From Klebsormidium nitens (Eukaryota; Plantae; Klebsormidiophyceae): a DNA stretch of 41,053 nt. The position numbers and the translations under genes were made by a program. Positions within the stretch are counted from its first letter, which is position 1. Each line of letters begins with the position of its first letter. Below are positions 1 to 9,900 of this stretch, one piece after another. The stretch spans positions 1 to 41,053 of the forward strand of contig DF237674.1 of NCBI GenBank assembly GCA_000708835.1. Reading direction: 5' to 3'. The notes beneath the pieces are model-generated. The model did no database searches. It was not told the DNA's origin and saw nothing but the letters and a program-made list of their open reading frames with translations.

Positions 1-2477
1 GAGGGGGCAGCACCGCCGGCGCCGGCATGCCCCTCGGGCGACCACTTCGTGTCGACCTCTTTGTCCTGCCACGTGGCTGGCTCGTTCGTTCCTTCAGCAA
101 GTGCGGAGCCTGCAGGCTCCAACGAGGATTTCGCACTTGCCTCTGCACACGGTGTGCAGCTCTCTGAACGGCTGAGCACTGCTTGCCTCGTTGTCAAGGA
201 ATCTGGCCCTTCGAGGCCATCGCCTGTATACCCGTTGTCTGTGTGCTCGCTAGTGTCTCCGTCTCTGCGCAAGTCAACCGCCGCCTGCTTTGGGCCCTGC
301 CGAGTGAATGCTTCGCGACCCTGGCCGCACTTGAGGAGCTCCCGTGCCGTTCGCATCCCGCCCTCCCCGCTGCGCTGGCCCACCCCGTCGTCGTGCTCGT
401 CCGCCCGCGCGGCAGTCGCCTCCCGCACCGCGCGCGCCGAGGCCTTCTCCTCCTGCCGCTCGTCATCCTGCCCGACGCTCATCATGCGCAGCGCCGGCCT
501 CCATTGGCTGGGCCCCTGCCTGGCCTGGCTCCGGAAGAAGCTGCTCGCTAGAGGCCCTCCCTCCCCGATGCCCTTGTCTCGCTGCACGTCGTCGATGGCG
601 CCGTCTACCCCTTTCTCCTGCGTCCCCTCTGGCGACGGCGCCTCGTCTGGCTGCCCGCTTCTCCCGCGCACCGCATCTGCTTGCACTGGCTCAGCCCCGT
701 TGGTCACCACAGTCTCGGACCTAAGCTCTGGATTGACGCGCGCATAGTAGCCCCCTGCCGTTGCCTCCTCCGTCCATAGGCCGTCCTAAGCCGGTGGGGA
801 GGGGCCGCTTGTCGTCGCAGCCGTGCTGGCCTCGTCCTGGCAAGGCGCGGCGCCTGGACGCGTGACTGCGGCTGTTGGCGGGCGGGGCAGGCGGGCCAGG
901 CGCGTGCGCGCATCGTGCTGGATGACCCCCACCAGCTGCTCCTCCGCTGCGCAGCAAGGGCAGCCTGCGGCGGGGCAGGCCGAGGCGCCCGCATCGGAAG
1001 CGGCACAGGCTGCACACAGTGAACACAAAGGCGGGGAGCACGAGAGTGAGCCCAATGGCAGGTCCTAGAGGGAGGCAGCGCACGAGCACAGGTCATATAA
1101 TGGCAGGCGTGGCTCGTCGAGGGTCGGCCCAGGCTGGTGCTGGAGGTACGGACTTCGTGAGAACAAGACAAATTTCATTGAAAAGGGGACGAAACGCCTG
1201 CAAAGAGGAGCCCTGGATATTTTAGAGCCTTTGCATGTGCTGACAGGAGGAGAGCGGAATAGACCCGATTGCAGCATGAAACAGGCTGCGAGATTGTCCT
1301 ACGGGAAGAACTGATGTCCCACGGGAAGAAGTGATGTCCAAAAGCTGCAAACAAAAGCAGGCAGTGTGCAGAACGAGCCATCAGAAGTTCGTTTGGGTGC
1401 ACAAAAGCCACTGATGAAGCTTTCAATGAAAGACGACTTACTAGACAAGCGGCTTCCAGATTTTACGTCTCAAGCACCCCATCATAATGCTTGTCATCCG
1501 TCGAGCTTTTTCCTTTGTTGCTTGATGGCCACTTTCTTGCCTCAAGTTTTCCTTTTCTTATGCAGCATGACTGATTGGTAGGCCCGAGTGGGTCAGAGGC
1601 TCTGCTTGGCTGTCGTCCTAGCATGGCTGCCAAACCCTGCGGCGTTGCCGCTTCCATCGCACATTGGGCGGCTTGTCAAGCAAACCGTTAGCCTTTAGCC
1701 TATTGTATAAAGCAAGGTTTGAACTTTGGCCTGTTGTATAAAGCAAGGTAGAGGTTCCCGAAGTTTTCAGCTCAGAGCTGCGCTGCAGAATTGGATGGTA
1801 TCCCCCCCAGCACATTCCCATCTTCCAGCAATTCAAGATCGACATGAGCCAGAGTTTGAGGCTGGGGCCCGCAGGATGAGTCGGATTGGGGATCGAGAAG
1901 AGATCCGGTGGACCGGATGCCATCAAAAGGTTGATTCAGTGGAGGCGTCGCGTGACCTAGTGGTGACATTTGTACCTGGGGCCGAGCCGCGGGGCAGCAT
2001 TGTGGCGTGGTGCGTGGCTGGAGCGGTGGCTGTGCCGGCGCTTGCGGCGGTGTGCCGCAGGAAAGCCCGCTCGGTGCCGGCGGTGAAGCCGCAGCCGCAC
2101 TCCCAGGGGATCTGCAGCAGTCCAAGTGGCAGTGTCAGCAGGGAAGCGACTTGGGGCAACCAGGGATTCGCAGGCGCAAGGGACCTCTGGCCTCTTGACT
2201 TCGGCTTACGTGGCACGAACTTGGTGGCAGGTGTTCGAACGAGGAGAGCCTTTGCACACCAAGTGTCACATGGTTGTCTGATCAATAGATTGAGCCCAGG
2301 CGGAGAGTCTGGCCACTTCTGCTAAGTTTCATGCGAAAGCAGCATCTTTTGAAGGTTAGCAGCGAGGGCGCCTCGGCGCCTGGCAGCCGCGCGGTGGGGC
2401 TGCACCTGCACGGGCCCGTGGTACCGCCGCCAGGGAGTCGCGAGGGGGGGGTCTGCGGGCACGGGGGCGCCGGGCAT
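1..2477 (-). CDS. Spliced gene of unknown function, 3'-partial (continues past the left window edge); N-terminal CxC...H zinc-finger-like motif followed by a long disordered region
   Basis: Proposed exons: 2477-2406 (MPGAPVPADPPLATPWRRYHGPVQ, then gtgcag), 2111-1976 (after gctgac...ctgcag; IPWECGCGFTAGTERAFLRHTAASAG...), about 1009-867 (ACAASDAG...AEEQLVGVIQHDARTRLARLPRP...) and 785-1 (DGLWTEEATAGGYYARVNPELRSETVV...EVDTKWSPEGHAG, open to the edge). Splice phases are compatible. The donor near 866 is weak. Confidence 0.55.
1295..1340. repeat. 20-bp tandem repeat, about 2.3 copies, in an intron
   Basis: tgtcctacgggaagaactga / tgtcccacgggaagaagtga / tgtcca read directly from the sequence. Confidence 0.85.
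1698..1749. repeat. Direct repeat with 31-bp period in an intron
   Basis: gcctattgtataaagcaaggt (1698-1718) and gcctgttgtataaagcaaggt (1729-1749). Confidence 0.8.
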
Positions 2478-3953
2478 GGCGAGGGGACGGGGGACCGGGG
2501 CAGCAGGAGCGCTACAGCGTATAACGCGCATGAGCCGGAATAGCGTCTTACGTGGGAGGCGCCTTTTCTCTGCAGTGTCCTTACATCCGGACCACAGTGT
2601 TGATTTACGTCCGTGGTCGTGCCCTCCGGCTCGCTGGGGCTCACGCTCAAGCTGCGTCAACTACAACACATTACACCGTCTGCAACAAGCCTATTCCGCT
2701 TTGAGAGTTGCACTACTGCTCAGTCATAATCTGTAACAATGGAAGTCGTAGTATCAGTTCCAGGAAGCTCATGTATAATTTGTCCTCGAATCGGAGTAGC
2801 AGGACCGGATGAATATTGTGGCAGAAGACAAGAAGCTAGCTACATATGATATGTGTCCAAAGAAGCTGACTCGATAGATGGAAAAGGGTACATTGGATGC
2901 ATGATTGAACTAGAGAAATCTTGTATCAGGATAATCAAGCATACAAAACATAGTAATAAGGCCTTGAACTGCCCTGTTTCCTCTTCCGTGCACGTCGCTC
3001 TCGTGCCTCAGGCTTTTCAGCTTGGTCGCCTCGACGCATATCATGCAGCCACTGTAGCTGATACCATGAACTGATGAACAGAGAACCGTACTCTACCGTA
3101 TCATTCACTTTTTGCCGCACTCAGGCTTTTGCTCGGAATTCGGACTGAATGCCGAGCCACGGCTAAGCCGACCGCCCGCGTCTCCAGCCCAGGTGTGCAC
3201 CTGCCGGCTCGTGTCTCCAATTATGCTGTCGAATCATTGCTCCCTTCTTTGGCACTTCACTTCCAGCGGCCGGGGTCGAGTCTGCAGGGCAGTTGCTTAT
3301 CGACGGTCATCTGTCAAGCCCAACGACTTAAATGGACGGCTTGAAACCGCGACTTTATCATGAGCAATTCTCAACCGTCGGATTTAACTGGCGGTGTGTC
3401 TTGGTATCTCTCCCCTTTGCATGCATCAATCGCTGCATTGCGAACTGTGTGCCAGCATAGCTCAGAAGAACCAATAGGTGACCTTCTCCCTTTTCTTTCA
3501 TAGGCATTCCTCAGTTTCGTCGTTTCCAACGTTGGCCGGCTGCCCTTGCCGTGCCTTGCTGCTTGCACCACCTTGCGGCATTGGGCGACTGTGGGCGGTC
3601 GCTCTGCCCCTCGGGCGCTGTCCTTGGGCGCCACCACTAGCGGCCACGTCCCTCTTCCCCCCTTGTGGCTGCCACGCTGCCTTGGTCGATGGCCCGAGGG
3701 ACGGCCGCCTCGTGCTGCTCGACTGCCTCGCTGCTGCAGCGCTGCAGCACGGGACCATGCTGGGCCAGGCCCCTGGCAGCCCATCTGGCCACTCAGTCAG
3801 CAGCAGCTGGGCAAGGGAAGATGCCATTGCACTGCATGCCAGCAGTAGCCAGGCCATTTGTGCACGTTCACGCGGTGCGGGAAAGTGCTGTAGCAGGCAG
3901 CGGTGTGCACCTTGCACTTGCCTCCCCCTGCCTGCCTGCCAGCCAAGTTCTCT

Positions 3954-6900
3954 ATGGCGGGGCCCGCAGCGCCCCCCTCCCACCCAACGCCATTGCTCGG
4001 GGGGCTGCTCCTCCTGCTGTTGCCGCTGCTGCTGCTTGCCCCCCCGGCTGCAGCCAATGTGCGGCTGGCCTTCCCCCCTGCCCGCGGCCTGGGTGACTTC
4101 TTGTACGCCTCACAGCTGCAGCCCGGCCCCTGCGGTGGTGGGGCGAGGACCATTGGAGCAGTCACGCAGCTGCAGGCGGCGGCCCTGGTCAATGTGTCGT
4201 GGCACAACAGCCACCCCACCCCAGGTGAGCCCACCATTCCGCCAGAGGCTGTCAGGGGCTTGGGCATGCCCTATGGGGAGGGGGCAACTGCAATACCTCT
4301 CCTGCCAGAGCATCCCGGATGCAGGCTGGGTCTGCAGCACGTATGGAGCGCACGATAGGCGGGGGGCCGGAAGGAGCCACAAGGTGCCCCTCTTTGGACA
4401 CCCCCATTGAATAGAGGGCAGGACCGCTGGCAAACCCCTACAGCGTCTGACAGAACTCCATCAATTTTTTTAGTGTTGCACCTCGATATGTGTTCCTAGC
4501 AGTGCAGTCCACTTTCGTGCCCTGGCCACATCATTGTCAACGAGGCCTTCGATAGGGCAGTGTCCAAGCTCACGCCGGTGGGTCGTATGTTGCCTCCTTT
4601 CTATCCTGGAGCTCGCTCTGGTCTTCTCCACTCTGCCTTGCGTTGCCCCACGCCTTGAGTGGATGGTTGATCTGCAGAGTCTCTCCGTTAACTCTGTTCC
4701 GCTCGCACCTACCCCCCCCCCTCTCCTCTCTCCTGCCCCCCGCCGTTCCCCGTTGGTTATGCCTACCCAACCTCCCCCTTCCTGTGTGTGCAGGTGCCCG
4801 CTTCTCCCTGGCGCTGCTGGACGCCGCTGGCTCTCTGCTGGTGCCCTACAGCGCAGCCTCGCTGCTGCCGGGCGGGGCAGCGGGTGGGGCGGACCCGCTG
4901 CAGACGTGGCAGCTCATCCAGCTGCCCGCCCTGCCGTGCCCCAACTGCACGCTGCGCCTCACAGAGATTCTGCCCACCGGGGCTCCCGGCATGTTGAGTG
5001 CTCCCCCCGAGCTGTGGAGCTGTGCTGACGTCAATGTGACCCTTGGCCTGGACGCATGCTCCAACCAATGCCAAGGTACGGCTCCCTTCTAAGCATTCTG
5101 GCCCCTCCCCAGGAACGGTGGCCGCACTGGTGCGGGCCAGAGCCATGCCGCAGCAGTGTGTCATGATGTGGGCGGTCAGGCATCGCAGGGGGCCGCGCAG
5201 CTGACGCCGCTGTCCCTGTCTGCCGGCGTGCAGGGTGGGGCACCTGTGTGCTGGAGCCGGCGGGCCTTGGAGCGTGAGTCCCCCACAGCCGCGCACCTCC
5301 ACCGCAAGAAGGGCATATGCGGGGCTGGATGAGGGTGTCCTTGACAGCCTGCTCTGCACAAGTTGTCTTCCTGTCAAGCTCCTCAACCTTGCGCCCCAGT
5401 TCCTTTCCCCCCAGGCGTGACGCCTGTGCCCTTTGCTGCCTGTTGCCCTGCAGGTTTGCGTGCCAGTGCAACTCCGCGCTCCCCCTGCTGGCCCCCCCTG
5501 GCGCTGCGGCCCCCACGTGCGCAGCGATCTCGGGCACGTACGGCGAGGTGCGGGATGCGTGCGTGGACGACAGCGACTGCGGCGCTGCGGGGCTGTGCGT
5601 GGCGCGCACGCCCTCCCAGCCGCGCCGCTGCTTCTGCAAGGCGGGCTGGAGGGGGCCGCTGTGCACACAGCGCAGCCAGCTCTCGCTGGATGTCCAGGTA
5701 GGTTGTAGTACAGTGGAACGCAATCTTGTCAACGAGCCTTGAAGACGGCTTGACGCATTGACAGACCTTGGCTCCCACTATGTATCACTCGTAGTTGGGC
5801 TTTTCAGCGGCGGCAAAGTCTCCAAGATAGTAGCATCCCAAGTAGCATCCCAAAGGGCATCTTGCATCTATGTCCGCAAGTCTTACAGACAGAGACTCCG
5901 GTTGCTTCGCATTGACTCTTCTATGTGCACAGTCCCTTGGCCTAACTGCGCCTCTGCTCTTTTGCTTGCCGGGCTGCGTTCTGAGCATCTGAGAATTGTG
6001 TGCGGCTGTCTCGCATCGCTCTTGCGGCCTCTTCTTCGCCAGATCCGATCGGCCAGCCACGGGCGCAGACGCTTCCCGCCGCCCTGTTCCGCGCCTGCTG
6101 ACTGGCACTGCCTCTTGTGCTGCTGCAGCTGGACCTGCGCGCGTGGGAGGTGCAGTACCCGGTCAAGCTGCGTGCCCCCGGCGTGGCCGTGTATGCGCGC
6201 ATTGTAGGCCCCCCTCAGGCGCAGCTCATCGAGGTGGCTATGGCCGCCGTCACGGAGTCGTATGTCAGCGTCGGCTGGCGCCCCGCCTCGCTCGACCAGG
6301 TGCGCACCGCTCGTAACCACGTGATGCACCGGTTCTGTGCCCGCTGCCGTGTCTGAGCAAGCCCGCCCGCCTCGTGTCTGCCCCGCCCGCTTACCTTCTT
6401 TTCCGCCTCTCCCCGCCATAAGGGGCGCGTCCCTGTTGGTGCAGGCTGCGGCGCTGCCGGCTCTGCTGCCGGGGCCGGCCACCCTGGTGCGGGAGTCGCC
6501 CTTGGCGCCGGTGTACCAGAACACGTCGCTCCTCTACGATGCTCTCGCCCCTCCGGCGCCGCCGGGGCCCAACTTGACGCTCCTCTTCGGCAGCCCGCCC
6601 TCGGGTCTGCCCCTGGCAAACGGGACGGCCAACATCACCGCCAACGCTACGGCTACCATCGCGGCCAACGCTACGGCCAACACTACGGCCAACACTACGG
6701 CCAACGCTACGGTTGAAGCGGCGGCCAACGTGAGCGCGGGCGCAAGCGCCAATGCGACGGCCGTCCCTGGCGGGCGGCGGCGGCTGCTGCAGGCGGGGGC
6801 GGCCGTGCTGGCCGCTTTCAACCGCAGCAGTCCCGTGGTGGCCGCCCCCGGCCGCCTGCCGCCCAGCTGGCTCGCGGACATCACCGCGTGCTATGCGGTC

Positions 6901-9900
6901 GGGGAATATTTTAAGGTGACGTACGCGCGTTGAAACATTGCCCGGCAGGGTGCCACCCGTCGTGTTGCCCGCGAATGCCTTCGAACCCTGTTTCTTGGCT
7001 GTTTCAGTGCGAAGCTTTCATCAGAGAGCTTGCCTCTAGCTGTGCCTCCTAGCGCGTGTCACAGAGCACTAAGCGAGCCCGGTGCCTTCTTCTGTGCCCC
7101 CTCTGAGTTGCCACGATCTGTGGCCTTCCGTGCTGCCCTTTGCCTAAGCGCGCGCGCGTGGCAGGTGGAGGACCTGGGCGGCGGCGCCGGGTACGGCACG
7201 CCCCTCCCCGACGGCGCGCTGGGCGGCACGGACGACATCGTGGACGCCATCGGGCGCGCCGCGGGCAGCCTCGTCTTCTGCAAGTTCCGCAGGTGAGCGC
7301 GCAACGCCACACACGGCGCGGGGAGGGCCGCGCATGCAGCACGATCTCCGTCCGCGCCGTCATTCTCAAAGTCGGCGGACTCTTTTTAAGCCCCTTGAGA
7401 TTCAAAGGGGTTCAGCCAAGGCGGCGTGTATCCGGTAAAGCCGGTACAGACTGGCTTTAAATCCTGTATCGCAAAAGCAAGGGATGAGTTTTGCACGCCG
7501 GTGAGCGCTGGCCTGTCTTCCAGGCTGTCGTTTGCTGCGTTCCATGCGTTGCGTGCCCGCCCACTGGTGTGCTTGCGCGCGCGCAGGCCGCTGGTGTCGG
7601 CGAACCTGGTGGGCGACCAGCCGGTGACGCTGCGCGAGGACCAGACGGTCATGTGGGCCGTCGGCCAGAGCGGCGCGCAGGCCGCCAACGAGAGCCGCGG
7701 CACACTCGACCGCGCCGCGCTGGAGCAGCTGTACGCGCCCACCGACATGCTCGACCACGGCCGCGCCAACCGGTGAGCGCGCGCGCGCCAGTCGCCACTC
7801 GGCGATAGGCTGTGCGGCTGCCACGGGCCACGGCCGGCGGGGATTGCGCTTGGGTAGTCGAGTGTAATGATGAGGCGCCCGCTGTGGCTGACGCCTTCGG
7901 CGCTTCCCCTTGCAGCGGCGTGTTTGGCAATCTGAACCTCATTTTGGGCCGCCCCGTGGGGGTCGTCTCCCGCGGCACGTGCCCCCCTTCTCCGCTGCCG
8001 CTCTTCGACTGCACCTTCCGCATCAACGCGCGGTGAGCTGTCTCCCCGTCCTTCCCTCCACAGTGAGCGGCTGTTGACGCTTGCTGCCAGCCTGCTGTCA
8101 TTGCACTGCTCTTCCTTCGAGTCTTCGAGAATGGGGACTGGAGTAAGCTGTCCCCTGCCTCTGATCCGCCGCCGCTGTTCTTGCTCCAACTTTCTGTCTA
8201 CCACCTATCTGGTGTGCGTATATTTGGCGAACACGGCTTCAAGACTGCTCTTATCATTAGCCGGCGCTTTCTGGACCAACTTGTAGCACCTTTCTCTTCA
8301 CCCCTTTGCATGTTGCAGGTTCGAGCACCTGAAGCAGATGTCCTTCTTTCCTCGATACCATTCCTTTTGCTGTTGCACAGGTTATGAGAGACAGACGCTC
8401 CATTGCCCCACATGCTCATTGCATCGTTCCTTTCCCCGTGCTCCAGCCTGCGCCTGCACTGGCGCATCGTGGCCGCCTCCATTTCGCTGGCCCTCGAGTT
8501 CCCCGCCTCCGCAGGCTGGGCCGCCCTCGGCTGGTCCTCCGACGGCCGCATGGTGGGCGCCACCGCCGTGCTCGCCGAGCAGCCCGCGGCGGTGCGCCTG
8601 GTACAACTGCAGGCGCAGACCGTCGCCGGCGTGCAACCCAGCACCGTCTTCCCGCTCGCGCACCCGCAGCTGGCCCGCCAAGACGCTGCTACCGCCGTCC
8701 TCAGGTACGCCAACTCGCTGCCCCTCGCCCCGTGCCATCCCGCTAGGCCGTGCTCGCCTCTGGCGGTGGCGGCCCGTCCTGGCTGTCCTGCAGTCACTGG
8801 CCCCCCTCCAAACCCGCGCTGGGCCCCCGTGGTGTGGTGGCCTTCTCGGCGGTCCCGCGTTGCCCTCACCTGTGCGCCCCCTGTGTGCTGTCCCGGCAGC
8901 TTTACGCGGCCGCTGAGCGCGGGTGCCGCGGGCGCCAGCATCGTGGCGGGGCAGGCCAGCCGGCTGGTGTGGGCCCTCGCGGAGGACGGCCGCCTCGGCC
9001 TGCGCTACCACCGCCTGCAAAACAGGTGGGTGCGCGCACCCAGGCCACGCGCCGCAGCGGCAGCACCGCCGGAGAGCAGCCGCCTGCTGAGGATGCCCCT
9101 CCAGTCGGCGGCGCACTCGGGCTTGGCCCCTGCCTGCATTGCTGTCTCGTTGCAAGGACCGTAGACAGCCCGGCGTGCGGAGCGGCTCTGCTCCTAGGGC
9201 GGCCTCCTCCTCTGGCGGGGCTCTCCCTGCCCCCTCCCTGCTCGTCTTTTCTGTTGCCACGCTAACGCATGCTGGGTGCCCCTGGCAGGGGCAGCTTCAG
9301 CCTGGACTTCTCCACGGGCGTGGGCCGCGCCGACCGCAACCCCGTCGGTAAGGGCCCCCGCCTCCGCTCCGCTGCCCTGCCAAGCCTCGCAGCCGTGCAC
9401 AGGTTCCGCTTCACAACCGCACGCCTTCCTCCATTGGCAGCAAGGCTGCCTCGCCTCTGGGCCTGCTCGTTGCGTGTGTCTAGGTGTGCGCTGCGCTGAC
9501 GTGCGGCGCTGGCGCGGGTGCAGACTGGTACGGCCTCCACGGCTGGCTCATGGCGGTCGCCATGGGCGCGCTCCTGCCGCTGGGCCTTATCTTCGTGCGG
9601 GCCAGCCGCGCTAACAAGGTACGCCTGCGCGCGCGCGCCGCAGCGTCCGACCGCCCCCTGCCACTCTCATACCAAATGTATCCGGGCTTAGATCTTGCAC
9701 CCGGTTAGGGAGACGCTAACCAAGGATGGACACGTGGGTACATTCTTGCAGAAGGCTTTTCAAGGCTTTCTTCTTTCTTCTTTCTTGCCCTCCTGAGATG
9801 GAGGACATTTGGAACATTATCTCTGGGCCTTTCAAAAGGCGTTTTCGTGGAGAATGGGGGACAAGATAGCTCTCCTACTTTGGCGGAACCATGGGCGGCA

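Noticed and set aside
786-788. Non-standard genetic code (TAG read as Gln, as in some ulvophytes)
   Set aside because: No in-frame TAA/TAG occurs in any conserved exon of the four well-supported genes, and Gln positions use CAG/CAA.
900-945. VIQHDARTRL as a histidine-kinase H-box
   Set aside because: It lacks the conserved PL and has no downstream N, G1, F or G2 boxes.
7391-7458. Two small hairpins in intron 7 as a possible H/ACA snoRNA
   Set aside because: The stems are short, the H and ACA boxes are not convincingly placed, and no guide pockets are identifiable.
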